From NCBI GenBank assembly GCA_047285535.1, contig JBJBDC010000001.1, positions 128,136 to 192,135 of the forward strand: a stretch of 64,000 bases of DNA, given 5' to 3'. The DNA is from Synechococcus sp. Its GTDB lineage: Bacteria; Cyanobacteriota; Cyanobacteriia; PCC-6307; Cyanobiaceae. The notes under the pieces are model-generated. The model was given only the letters and a program-made list of their open reading frames with translations. It had not been told where the DNA came from and searched no databases. Position 1 is the stretch's first letter; the number at the start of each line of letters is the position of its first letter. Positions 12,001 to 18,940 of this stretch are shown here, piece by piece. Made by a program: the position numbers and the translations under genes.

Positions 12001-15000
12001 GATGAGGAAAGCGCCAGAGATATCGAGGCTGTTGCTAGCGGAGGCGTGATCGCCATCGGCATCGGTGATGGTGTCAGTGCGTGTGATGCTGAGGACGTTG
12101 TTGTTGAAGGAGAGTTGATCGCCTGTGCCTGATTTGCTGGGGTCTGAATGTTGTAGATCCTGAGAGGAAGAGAAAGTGGCTTGGCCGGATGTTGGATCGA
12201 GAGTGATTTGAAGAGCGTTGGATCCGTTTGGGTTAGGAGAGTTTGAGTTGCCAACAAGCCCGACGACGTTGTCTCCGGATTGGAAGAGGAAGATGTGATT
12301 GCCGTTGTGATCCTGGAGTCCAGAATCAACGCCATTGTGATTTAAAGAGAAAGAGAATGCGGTTGTGAGGGAGGCATTTTGATCGACGGCATTGGAGTTT
12401 CCAGTGGAGAAATTGGAGGAGAAGTTATGGGAAGCAGCGCCATTGATGCCGCCTTGTTCAGTGACAACAAAGTCAGGAATTGTGCCTGTGGTGGCAGGTG
12501 GAGTAATGGATGGAGCGGTGTCATTGATGAGGAAAGCGCCAGAGATATCGAGGCTGTTGCTAGCGGAGGCGTGATCGCCATCGGCATCGGTGATGGTGTC
12601 AGTGCGTGTGATGCTGAGGACGTTGTTGTTGAAGGAGAGTTGATCGCCTGTGCCTGATTTGCTGGGGTCTGAATGTTGTAGATCCTGAGAGGAAGAGAAA
12701 GTGGCTTGGCCGGATGTTGGATCGAGAGTGATTTGAAGAGCGTTGGATCCGTTTGGGTTAGGAGAGTTTGAGTTGCCAACAAGCCCGACGACGTTGTCTC
12801 CGGATTGGAAGAGGAAGATGTGATTGCCGTTGTGATCCTGGAGTCCAGAATCAACGCCATTGTGATTTAAAGAGAAAGAGAATGCGGTTGTGAGGGAGGC
12901 ATTTTGATCGACGGCATTGGAGTTTCCAGTGGAGAAATTGGAGGAGAAGTTATGGGAAGCAGCGCCATTGATGCCGCCTTGTTCAGTGACAACAAAGTCA
13001 GGAATTGTGCCTGTGGTGGCAGGTGGAGTAATGGATGGAGCGGTGTCATTGATGAGGAAAGCGCCAGAGATATCGAGGCTGTTGCTAGCGGAGGCGTGAT
13101 CGCCATCGGCATCGGTGATGGTGTCAGTGCGTGTGATGCTGAGGACGTTGTTGTTGAAGGAGAGTTGATCGCCTGTGCCTGATTTGCTGGGGTCTGAATG
13201 TTGTAGATCCTGAGAGGAAGAGAAAGTGGCTTGGCCGGATGTTGGATCGAGAGTGATTTGAAGAGCGTTGGATCCGTTTGGGTTAGGAGAGTTTGAGTTG
13301 CCAACAAGCCCGACGACGTTGTCTCCGGATTGGAAGAGGAAGATGTGATTGCCGTTGTGATCCTGGAGTCCAGAATCAACGCCATTGTGATTTAAAGAGA
13401 AAGAGAATGCGGTTGTGAGGGAGGCATTTTGATCGACGGCATTGGAGTTTCCAGTGGAGAAATTGGAGGAGAAGTTATGGGAAGCAGCGCCATTGATGCC
13501 GCCTTGTTCAGTGACAACAAAGTCAGGAATTGTGCCTGTGGTGGCAGGTGGAGTAATGGATGGAGCGGTGTCATTGATGAGGAAAGCGCCAGAGATATCG
13601 AGGCTGTTGCTAGCGGAGGCGTGATCGCCATCGGCATCGGTGATGGTGTCAGTGCGTGTGATGCTGAGGACGTTGTTGTTGAAGGAGAGTTGATCGCCTG
13701 TGCCTGATTTGCTGGGGTCTGAATGTTGTAGATCCTGAGAGGAAGAGAAAGTGGCTTGGCCGGATGTTGGATCGAGAGTGATTTGAAGAGCGTTGGATCC
13801 GTTTGGGTTAGGAGAGTTTGAGTTGCCAACAAGCCCGACGACGTTGTCTCCGGATTGGAAGAGGAAGATGTGATTGCCGTTGTGATCCTGGAGTCCAGAA
13901 TCAACGCCATTGTGATTTAAAGAGAAAGAGAATGCGGTTGTGAGGGAGGCATTTTGATCGACGGCATTGGAGTTTCCAGTGGAGAAATTGGAGGAGAAGT
14001 TATGGGAAGCAGCGCCATTGATGCCGCCTTGTTCAGTGACAACAAAGTCAGGAATTGTGCCTGTGGTGGCAGGTGGAGTAATGGATGGAGCGGTGTCATT
14101 GATGAGGAAAGCGCCAGAGATATCGAGGCTGTTGCTAGCGGAGGCGTGATCGCCATCGGCATCGGTGATGGTGTCAGTGCGTGTGATGCTGAGGACGTTG
14201 TTGTTGAAGGAGAGTTGATCGCCTGTGCCTGATTTGCTGGGGTCTGAATGTTGTAGATCCTGAGAGGAAGAGAAAGTGGCTTGGCCGGATGTTGGATCGA
14301 GAGTGATTTGAAGAGCGTTGGATCCGTTTGGGTTAGGAGAGTTTGAGTTGCCAACAAGCCCGACGACGTTGTCTCCGGATTGGAAGAGGAAGATGTGATT
14401 GCCGTTGTGATCCTGGAGTCCAGAATCAACGCCATTGTGATTTAAAGAGAAAGAGAATGCGGTTGTGAGGGAGGCATTTTGATCGACGGCATTGGAGTTT
14501 CCAGTGGAGAAATTGGAGGAGAAGTTATGGGAAGCAGCGCCATTGATGCCGCCTTGTTCAGTGACAACAAAGTCAGGAATTGTGCCTGTGGTGGCAGGTG
14601 GAGTAATGGATGGAGCGGTGTCATTGATGAGGAAAGCGCCAGAGATATCGAGGCTGTTGCTAGCGGAGGCGTGATCGCCATCGGCATCGGTGATGGTGTC
14701 AGTGCGTGTGATGCTGAGGACGTTGTTGTTGAAGGAGAGTTGATCGCCTGTGCCTGATTTGCTGGGGTCTGAATGTTGTAGATCCTGAGAGGAAGAGAAA
14801 GTGGCTTGGCCGGATGTTGGATCGAGAGTGATTTGAAGAGCGTTGGATCCGTTTGGGTTAGGAGAGTTTGAGTTGCCAACAAGCCCGACGACGTTGTCTC
14901 CGGATTGGAAGAGGAAGATGTGATTGCCGTTGTGATCCTGGAGTCCAGAATCAACGCCATTGTGATTTAAAGAGAAAGAGAATGCGGTTGTGAGGGAGGC

Positions 15001-18000
15001 ATTTTGATCGACGGCATTGGAGTTTCCAGTGGAGAAATTGGAGGAGAAGTTATGGGAAGCAGCGCCATTGATGCCGCCTTGTTCAGTGACAACAAAGTCA
15101 GGAATTGTGCCTGTGGTGGCAGGTGGAGTAATGGATGGAGCGGTGTCATTGATGAGGAAAGCGCCAGAGATATCGAGGCTGTTGCTAGCGGAGGCGTGAT
15201 CGCCATCGGCATCGGTGATGGTGTCAGTGCGTGTGATGCTGAGGACGTTGTTGTTGAAGGAGAGTTGATCGCCTGTGCCTGATTTGCTGGGGTCTGAATG
15301 TTGTAGATCCTGAGAGGAAGAGAAAGTGGCTTGGCCGGATGTTGGATCGAGAGTGATTTGAAGAGCGTTGGATCCGTTTGGGTTAGGAGAGTTTGAGTTG
15401 CCAACAAGCCCGACGACGTTGTCTCCGGATTGGAAGAGGAAGATGTGATTGCCGTTGTGATCCTGGAGTCCAGAATCAACGCCATTGTGATTTAAAGAGA
15501 AAGAGAATGCGGTTGTGAGGGAGGCATTTTGATCGACGGCATTGGAGTTTCCAGTGGAGAAATTGGAGGAGAAGTTATGGGAAGCAGCGCCATTGATGCC
15601 GCCTTGTTCAGTGACAACAAAGTCAGGAATTGTGCCTGTGGTGGCAGGTGGAGTAATGGATGGAGCGGTGTCATTGATGAGGAAAGCGCCAGAGATATCG
15701 AGGCTGTTGCTAGCGGAGGCGTGATCGCCATCGGCATCGGTGATGGTGTCAGTGCGTGTGATGCTGAGGACGTTGTTGTTGAAGGAGAGTTGATCGCCTG
15801 TGCCTGATTTGCTGGGGTCTGAATGTTGTAGATCCTGAGAGGAAGAGAAAGTGGCTTGGCCGGATGTTGGATCGAGAGTGATTTGAAGAGCGTTGGATCC
15901 GTTTGGGTTAGGAGAGTTTGAGTTGCCAACAAGCCCGACGACGTTGTCTCCGGATTGGAAGAGGAAGATGTGATTGCCGTTGTGATCCTGGAGTCCAGAA
16001 TCAACGCCATTGTGATTTAAAGAGAAAGAGAATGCGGTTGTGAGGGAGGCATTTTGATCGACGGCATTGGAGTTTCCAGTGGAGAAATTGGAGGAGAAGT
16101 TATGGGAAGCAGCGCCATTGATGCCGCCTTGTTCAGTGACAACAAAGTCAGGAATTGTGCCTGTGGTGGCAGGTGGAGTAATGGATGGAGCGGTGTCATT
16201 GATGAGGAAAGCGCCAGAGATATCGAGGCTGTTGCTAGCGGAGGCGTGATCGCCATCGGCATCGGTGATGGTGTCAGTGCGTGTGATGCTGAGGACGTTG
16301 TTGTTGAAGGAGAGTTGATCGCCTGTGCCTGATTTGCTGGGGTCTGAATGTTGTAGATCCTGAGAGGAAGAGAAAGTGGCTTGGCCGGATGTTGGATCGA
16401 GAGTGATTTGAAGAGCGTTGGATCCGTTTGGGTTAGGAGAGTTTGAGTTGCCAACAAGCCCGACGACGTTGTCTCCGGATTGGAAGAGGAAGATGTGATT
16501 GCCGTTGTGATCCTGGAGTCCAGAATCAACGCCATTGTGATTTAAAGAGAAAGAGAATGCGGTTGTGAGGGAGGCATTTTGATCGACGGCATTGGAGTTT
16601 CCAGTGGAGAAATTGGAGGAGAAGTTATGGGAAGCAGCGCCATTGATGCCGCCTTGTTCAGTGACAACAAAGTCAGGAATTGTGCCTGTGGTGGCAGGTG
16701 GAGTAATGGATGGAGCGGTGTCATTGATGAGGAAAGCGCCAGAGATATCGAGGCTGTTGCTAGCGGAGGCGTGATCGCCATCGGCATCGGTGATGGTGTC
16801 AGTGCGTGTGATGCTGAGGACGTTGTTGTTGAAGGAGAGTTGATCGCCTGTGCCTGATTTGCTGGGGTCTGAATGTTGTAGATCCTGAGAGGAAGAGAAA
16901 GTGGCTTGGCCGGATGTTGGATCGAGAGTGATTTGAAGAGCGTTGGATCCGTTTGGGTTAGGAGAGTTTGAGTTGCCAACAAGCCCGACGACGTTGTCTC
17001 CGGATTGGAAGAGGAAGATGTGATTGCCGTTGTGATCCTGGAGTCCAGAATCAACGCCATTGTGATTTAAAGAGAAAGAGAATGCGGTTGTGAGGGAGGC
17101 ATTTTGATCGACGGCATTGGAGTTTCCAGTGGAGAAATTGGAGGAGAAGTTATGGGAAGCAGCGCCATTGATGCCGCCTTGTTCAGTGACAACAAAGTCA
17201 GGAATTGTGCCTGTGGTGGCAGGTGGAGTAATGGATGGAGCGTCATCATGAATTGTTAATGATGAGCCAAGATCAATTTGAGCACTTGATGTTGCACTGT
17301 CTCCATCCTTATCTGTAATTGTATCAGTACGTCTTAGCGCTAATAATCCCGGAGATAGATGTATCTCTTCATCAGTATTTGTGGGGTCTGGATGGATGAC
17401 CGCTCGTTCGCTGGTGAAAGTGATGTCTCCTGCTTGAGTTGTGCTGATCTTTAAAGCTTCTTTGCCTGTTTTTTCAAGTATTCCTGTGATATTCCCGTTT
17501 TGAGTATTGACATGCAACAGGATTCGTTCCCCAGTTTCGCTATCGATTAATCCAGAGAACACTCCATCTTTGCTGAGATTCAGCTCATAACTTGTTTTAA
17601 ATGTTCCTGATCCATCGGCGCCGAATTGATGGCTGCCGCTGAAGAGCGAGGCGAAGGATTGCGTGGAGGTGCCGCCGGCTTGCCCGATGAAGGTTTCATC
17701 GACCCCAAGGACTGGGGGATGGCCATTTGTCGTGAGCTGAAGGCTAGGGGCGTCGTCTTTGAAGTGGAACACCTGGCCGATGCCGATTGTTGCCGAAGCA
17801 CTGTCCCCACCAGCGCTCACAGCGGTGCCGGTGATTGTGATCAGGTTTGGGTTCTTGAGTGTGATGCTTTCATCTGTGTTGTTTGGATCGGGGTGAACAA
17901 TCGAGCGCAGTTGATCCAGCTCAATGTTCCCTACTTGATCCGTTGTGATGTGAAAGCCTTCCAGCCCACCAGGCGTCCGTCCGCTGATGCTTCCATCAGA

Positions 18001-18804
18001 GTTATGGAACAACAGCAGGTGTTGACCCGTGGCTTCATCCACAAGGCCACTGTCGGTGCCTGGCTGAACCACTCCGATCTTGAAGGTCATGCCACCGATG
18101 CCTTTGCCGTTCACCCCGTAGGTGGCGGAGAAGTAGGCGCCGAAGTTTGCGGTTGCATCTGTGGTGAGATCGGTTTCATCAACCGTGAGATCTTTTGGTG
18201 CCCCTGCCACGGTGATTGTGGCGCGATCAGGACTAGGCCCAGGACCTGGCTTAGGAGTCTCTCCAGGTGAATGGGGGTCGTGATTAGATTTTGGAGACCC
18301 CCCGGGGGTGTTGTGATCGGGTGTTTGTCTGCCAGAAGGACCGGGGAATGGGACATTTCCTTCTCCTCCTCCAGGCCTTTCTGCTCCGAGCACAGCAGGG
18401 CCATCAATTTGCGAATCAACTGCGAAGGGCGTTTGAAAGTCCTGGGTACCTAAGTCGCTGTCGCTTCCAATACTTCCACTACGTTCTGGATTATGCGGTA
18501 CACCTTCACTTGTAAGGGTGGGATTTTGTTGTTCGGGTAGTGCGCTACTAATCCATGGCCGATCGAGTGACGCATCGGGAAGGGAGCTGTTCCCCGATGG
18601 CGCTTGTTGTTCGTAATTTTGCCTGTTGTTGCTTGCTCCCTCGGGTAGGGATGTGAACACATCATCTCGCTGTTCGCGATCACCGTCGTGAAGATTGGCG
18701 AGATCGACGAGTCTCTTTAGTTTTTCTTCAAGAAGTTGACTTTGATCATTGTTATTCAGGATCCTAAAGGCCTCGTTTTGCGCAGCTGCGTTGTCGAGAG
18801 CCAT
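46..18804 (-). CDS. Giant (6252 aa) repetitive surface/adhesin-like protein, probable T1SS substrate: about 30 DUF5801-like repeats, a vWA (MIDAS) domain and an acidic C-terminal tail
   Basis: Uninterrupted 18.7-kb ORF. Repeat units carry DUF5801/T1SS-repeat-like motifs (VDETD, GADG, DSGL, HPD, TITDxDGDxAS, FxDDxPS). The vWA motifs are LVLDYSGSM, GTNH and IMTDG. The gene lies divergent to an ABC/HlyD operon. Confidence 0.9.
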   Translation of the reverse strand: MALDNAAAQNEAFRILNNNDQSQLLEEKLKRLVDLANLHDGDREQRDDVFTSLPEGASNNRQNYEQQAPSGNSSLPDASLDRPWISSALPEQQNPTLTSEGVPHNPERSGSIGSDSDLGTQDFQTPFAVDSQIDGPAVLGAERPGGGEGNVPFPGPSGRQTPDHNTPGGSPKSNHDPHSPGETPKPGPGPSPDRATITVAGAPKDLTVDETDLTTDATANFGAYFSATYGVNGKGIGGMTFKIGVVQPGTDSGLVDEATGQHLLLFHNSDGSISGRTPGGLEGFHITTDQVGNIELDQLRSIVHPDPNNTDESITLKNPNLITITGTAVSAGGDSASATIGIGQVFHFKDDAPSLQLTTNGHPPVLGVDETFIGQAGGTSTQSFASLFSGSHQFGADGSGTFKTSYELNLSKDGVFSGLIDSETGERILLHVNTQNGNITGILEKTGKEALKISTTQAGDITFTSERAVIHPDPTNTDEEIHLSPGLLALRRTDTITDKDGDSATSSAQIDLGSSLTIHDDAPSITPPATTGTIPDFVVTEQGGINGAASHNFSSNFSTGNSNAVDQNASLTTAFSFSLNHNGVDSGLQDHNGNHIFLFQSGDNVVGLVGNSNSPNPNGSNALQITLDPTSGQATFSSSQDLQHSDPSKSGTGDQLSFNNNVLSITRTDTITDADGDHASASNSLDISGAFLINDTAPSITPPATTGTIPDFVVTEQGGINGAASHNFSSNFSTGNSNAVDQNASLTTAFSFSLNHNGVDSGLQDHNGNHIFLFQSGDNVVGLVGNSNSPNPNGSNALQITLDPTSGQATFSSSQDLQHSDPSKSGTGDQLSFNNNVLSITRTDTITDADGDHASASNSLDISGAFLINDTAPSITPPATTGTIPDFVVTEQGGINGAASHNFSSNFSTGNSNAVDQNASLTTAFSFSLNHNGVDSGLQDHNGNHIFLFQSGDNVVGLVGNSNSPNPNGSNALQITLDPTSGQATFSSSQDLQHSDPSKSGTGDQLSFNNNVLSITRTDTITDADGDHASASNSLDISGAFLINDTAPSITPPATTGTIPDFVVTEQGGINGAASHNFSSNFSTGNSNAVDQNASLTTAFSFSLNHNGVDSGLQDHNGNHIFLFQSGDNVVGLVGNSNSPNPNGSNALQITLDPTSGQATFSSSQDLQHSDPSKSGTGDQLSFNNNVLSITRTDTITDADGDHASASNSLDISGAFLINDTAPSITPPATTGTIPDFVVTEQGGINGAASHNFSSNFSTGNSNAVDQNASLTTAFSFSLNHNGVDSGLQDHNGNHIFLFQSGDNVVGLVGNSNSPNPNGSNALQITLDPTSGQATFSSSQDLQHSDPSKSGTGDQLSFNNNVLSITRTDTITDADGDHASASNSLDISGAFLINDTAPSITPPATTGTIPDFVVTEQGGINGAASHNFSSNFSTGNSNAVDQNASLTTAFSFSLNHNGVDSGLQDHNGNHIFLFQSGDNVVGLVGNSNSPNPNGSNALQITLDPTSGQATFSSSQDLQHSDPSKSGTGDQLSFNNNVLSITRTDTITDADGDHASASNSLDISGAFLINDTAPSITPPATTGTIPDFVVTEQGGINGAASHNFSSNFSTGNSNAVDQNASLTTAFSFSLNHNGVDSGLQDHNGNHIFLFQSGDNVVGLVGNSNSPNPNGSNALQITLDPTSGQATFSSSQDLQHSDPSKSGTGDQLSFNNNVLSITRTDTITDADGDHASASNSLDISGAFLINDTAPSITPPATTGTIPDFVVTEQGGINGAASHNFSSNFSTGNSNAVDQNASLTTAFSFSLNHNGVDSGLQDHNGNHIFLFQSGDNVVGLVGNSNSPNPNGSNALQITLDPTSGQATFSSSQDLQHSDPSKSGTGDQLSFNNNVLSITRTDTITDADGDHASASNSLDISGAFLINDTAPSITPPATTGTIPDFVVTEQGGINGAASHNFSSNFSTGNSNAVDQNASLTTAFSFSLNHNGVDSGLQDHNGNHIFLFQSGDNVVGLVGNSNSPNPNGSNALQITLDPTSGQATFSSSQDLQHSDPSKSGTGDQLSFNNNVLSITRTDTITDADGDHASASNSLDISGAFLINDTAPSITPPATTGTIPDFVVTEQGGINGAASHNFSSNFSTGNSNAVDQNASLTTAFSFSLNHNGVDSGLQDHNGNHIFLFQSGDNVVGLVGNSNSPNPNGSNALQITLDPTSGQATFSSSQDLQHSDPSKSGTGDQLSFNNNVLSITRTDTITDADGDHASASNSLDISGAFLINDTAPSITPPATTGTIPDFVVTEQGGINGAASHNFSSNFSTGNSNAVDQNASLTTAFSFSLNHNGVDSGLQDHNGNHIFLFQSGDNVVGLVGNSNSPNPNGSNALQITLDPTSGQATFSSSQDLQHSDPSKSGTGDQLSFNNNVLSITRTDTITDADGDHASASNSLDISGAFLINDTAPSITPPATTGTIPDFVVTEQGGINGAASHNFSSNFSTGNSNAVDQNASLTTAFSFSLNHNGVDSGLQDHNGNHIFLFQSGDNVVGLVGNSNSPNPNGSNALQITLDPTSGQATFSSSQDLQHSDPSKSGTGDQLSFNNNVLSITRTDTITDADGDHASASNSLDISGAFLINDTAPSITPPATTGTIPDFVVTEQGGINGAASHNFSSNFSTGNSNAVDQNASLTTAFSFSLNHNGVDSGLQDHNGNHIFLFQSGDNVVGLVGNSNSPNPNGSNALQITLDPTSGQATFSSSQDLQHSDPSKSGTGDQLSFNNNVLSITRTDTITDADGDHASASNSLDISGAFLINDTAPSITPPATTGTIPDFVVTEQGGINGAASHNFSSNFSTGNSNAVDQNASLTTAFSFSLNHNGVDSGLQDHNGNHIFLFQSGDNVVGLVGNSNSPNPNGSNALQITLDPTSGQATFSSSQDLQHSDPSKSGTGDQLSFNNNVLSITRTDTITDADGDHASASNSLDISGAFLINDTAPSITPPATTGTIPDFVVTEQGGINGAASHNFSSNFSTGNSNAVDQNASLTTAFSFSLNHNGVDSGLQDHNGNHIFLFQSGDNVVGLVGNSNSPNPNGSNALQITLDPTSGQATFSSSQDLQHSDPSKSGTGDQLSFNNNVLSITRTDTITDADGDHASASNSLDISGAFLINDTAPSITPPATTGTIPDFVVTEQGGINGAASHNFSSNFSTGNSNAVDQNASLTTAFSFSLNHNGVDSGLQDHNGNHIFLFQSGDNVVGLVGNSNSPNPNGSNALQITLDPTSGQATFSSSQDLQHSDPSKSGTGDQLSFNNNVLSITRTDTITDADGDHASASNSLDISGAFLINDTAPSITPPATTGTIPDFVVTEQGGINGAASHNFSSNFSTGNSNAVDQNASLTTAFSFSLNHNGVDSGLQDHNGNHIFLFQSGDNVVGLVGNSNSPNPNGSNALQITLDPTSGQATFSSSQDLQHSDPSKSGTGDQLSFNNNVLSITRTDTITDADGDHASASNSLDISGAFLINDTAPSITPPATTGTIPDFVVTEQGGINGAASHNFSSNFSTGNSNAVDQNASLTTAFSFSLNHNGVDSGLQDHNGNHIFLFQSGDNVVGLVGNSNSPNPNGSNALQITLDPTSGQATFSSSQDLQHSDPSKSGTGDQLSFNNNVLSITRTDTITDADGDHASASNSLDISGAFLINDTAPSITPPATTGTIPDFVVTEQGGINGAASHNFSSNFSTGNSNAVDQNASLTTAFSFSLNHNGVDSGLQDHNGNHIFLFQSGDNVVGLVGNSNSPNPNGSNALQITLDPTSGQATFSSSQDLQHSDPSKSGTGDQLSFNNNVLSITRTDTITDADGDHASASNSLDISGAFLINDTAPSITPPATTGTIPDFVVTEQGGINGAASHNFSSNFSTGNSNAVDQNASLTTAFSFSLNHNGVDSGLQDHNGNHIFLFQSGDNVVGLVGNSNSPNPNGSNALQITLDPTSGQATFSSSQDLQHSDPSKSGTGDQLSFNNNVLSITRTDTITDADGDHASASNSLDISGAFLINDTAPSITPPATTGTIPDFVVTEQGGINGAASHNFSSNFSTGNSNAVDQNASLTTAFSFSLNHNGVDSGLQDHNGNHIFLFQSGDNVVGLVGNSNSPNPNGSNALQITLDPTSGQATFSSSQDLQHSDPSKSGTGDQLSFNNNVLSITRTDTITDADGDHASASNSLDISGAFLINDTAPSITPPATTGTIPDFVVTEQGGINGAASHNFSSNFSTGNSNAVDQNASLTTAFSFSLNHNGVDSGLQDHNGNHIFLFQSGDNVVGLVGNSNSPNPNGSNALQITLDPTSGQATFSSSQDLQHSDPSKSGTGDQLSFNNNVLSITRTDTITDADGDHASASNSLDISGAFLINDTAPSVDPSKVGTLSPLVTDDDTLNVNAATSLSSLFSSAFTPGADGTQSIAYSLDLSAQDANSGLHALNPSGGPIQGPEILLHRDSNGVIHGYPSGGKSDGSEDLFTITIDGKNNLVLDQIKPIWQDNTSSNNEQTLLTALPNTLKITASITDQDGDSASTSIDASSCIFAFQDSGPSVDPSKVGTLSPLVTDDDTLNVNAATSLSSLFSSAFTPGADGTQSIAYSLDLSAQDANSGLHALNPSGGPIQGPEILLHRDSNGVIHGYPSGGKSDGSEDLFTITIDGKNNLVLDQIKPIWQDNTSSNNEQTLLTALPNTLKITASITDQDGDSASTSIDASSGIFAFQDSGPSVDPSKVGTLSPLVTDDDTLNVNAATSLSSLFSSAFTPGADGTQSIAYSLDLSAQDANSGLHALNPSGGPIQGPEILLHRDSNGVIHGYPSGGKSDGSEDLFTITIDGKNNLVLDQIKPIWQDNTSSNNEQTLLTALPNTLKITASITDQDGDSASTSIDASSGIFAFQDSGPSVDPSKVGTLSPLVTDDDTLNVNAATSLSSLFSSAFTPGADGTQSIAYSLDLSAQDANSGLHALNPSGGPIQGPEILLHRDSNGVIHGYPSGGKSDGSEDLFTITIDGKNNLVLDQIKPIWQDNTSSNNEQTLLTALPNTLKITASITDQDGDSASTSIDASSGIFAFQDSGPSVDPSKVGTLSPLVTDDDTLNVNAATSLSSLFSSAFTPGADGTQSIAYSLDLSAQDANSGLHALNPSGGPIQGPEILLHRDSNGVIHGYPSGGKSDGSEDLFTITIDGKNNLVLDQIKPIWQDNTSSNNEQTLLTALPNTLKITASITDQDGDSASTSIDASSGIFAFQDSGPSVDPSKVGTLSPLVTDDDTLNVNAATSLSSLFSSAFTPGADGTQSIAYSLDLSAQDANSGLHALNPSGGPIQGPEILLHRDSNGVIHGYPSGGKSDGSEDLFTITIDGKNNLVLDQIKPIWQDNTSSNNEQTLLTALPNTLKITASITDQDGDSASTSIDASSGIFAFQDSGPSISMGNASVSTTQHPQTSTPPSTGTTTITTTTIFDAHQNIGLVLDYSGSMGWSNGHQDPDNANTHSKIHQQLLASAHLIKQAFENAGYKVTTSQNGLTDLNDWKLEPLAGHTPGNVHLGAAIFGASAQTQSVTIDDTNYGRPHILASINNLLHNVKISGTNHTEAWKAAQNITTSWQQSNISDQHHTPSGAEIKTDTNMVIMTDGETSKGQDMISSNSYVLTTYNEGQHQYGLNNISGWNSRNKATSELKITYTDSAGIQHEQKLTRAQIDGMINDHNNPLGTRGHGYSNSHAVRDNNGDIIGWLGFPKVIDPNINHPHHHHPNPIEANPLVFTPNEASGITITSIENNKSSGPNNEITPIMSSGFNSQGAQLSHNLDQALKTLDQQVGHETPNVIGVGIVDRTNNSIGSQLQSLFKGSLPDGSSFEQVNSHDTLDGSLSQQIQHAVQQSFQNVDVHLDFNFDPGSDDDLAATSLQNNGVVEFTLEQKSTLLGTGGHSPVQAFAATFGGNQNTSNVKDLGNGEFEIKINGLGTFTINTGNTVLSSGSHNGTIDFKADPGVSIGRNLDLTLSIKDADGDTKSVNFTLPKFNTNVTPSQTQHDEPDQNGFTADISVIANDALASAQADSDTEATLAALISLGLKTDHDDVDLSQSTQDDGSQLITRTIHTDQGDILETITDPQNGNAPSLQLDVSGLDADTQKDLQATIQAQTSSSASESKPGQLDSVLSDATQSPPAIDGHSLADAISDLQQLDADAIAALNGQDTSTNSADESSLSGDAALTPLPQDPSDVPVTSMEDAFASPQQTDDDVMAPPDLSDTSQTAAPLPDNSTQDQDLSLLNT
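2573..5683 (-). repeat. Intragenic tandem repeat B: 6 copies of a 519-bp (173-aa) unit
   Basis: Shadow ORFs recur with a 519-bp period (2898, 3417, 3936, 4455, 4974, 5493). One substitution was seen, at 5196. Confidence 0.95.
5686..17242 (-). repeat. Intragenic tandem repeat A: 22 copies of a 525-bp (175-aa) unit, identical at protein level
   Basis: 525-bp period from tggagcggtgtcatt at 5686 to 17236 (22 x 525 = 11550 bp). Identical shadow ORFs recur in every copy. Confidence 0.97.
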
Positions 18805-18940
18805 GGTGACTTGGAACAGACATTTTGTTTCAACATATAGACCTCCTATGAGCGATGCTCAGAATTAACAAGAATTTTCGCTAGGGGTTAATGCTGGTCT
18901 TACAGGGTGATAGCCGTCATTATTCAAATCAAGATATTTA
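18805..18940. promoter_or_regulatory. Divergent promoter region shared by the giant gene and the T1SS operon
   Basis: 136-bp AT-rich gap between head-to-head genes. It contains a minus-strand AGGAGG at 18842-18847. Confidence 0.55.

Noticed and set aside
2573..17242. Tandem arrays as a CRISPR array or satellite
   Set aside because: The units are 519/525 bp, in frame and without spacers, and no cas genes are present.
2352..17249. Dozens of recurring 60-180 aa ORFs on both strands
   Set aside because: They are shadow frames of the giant gene's tandem repeats, not independent genes.
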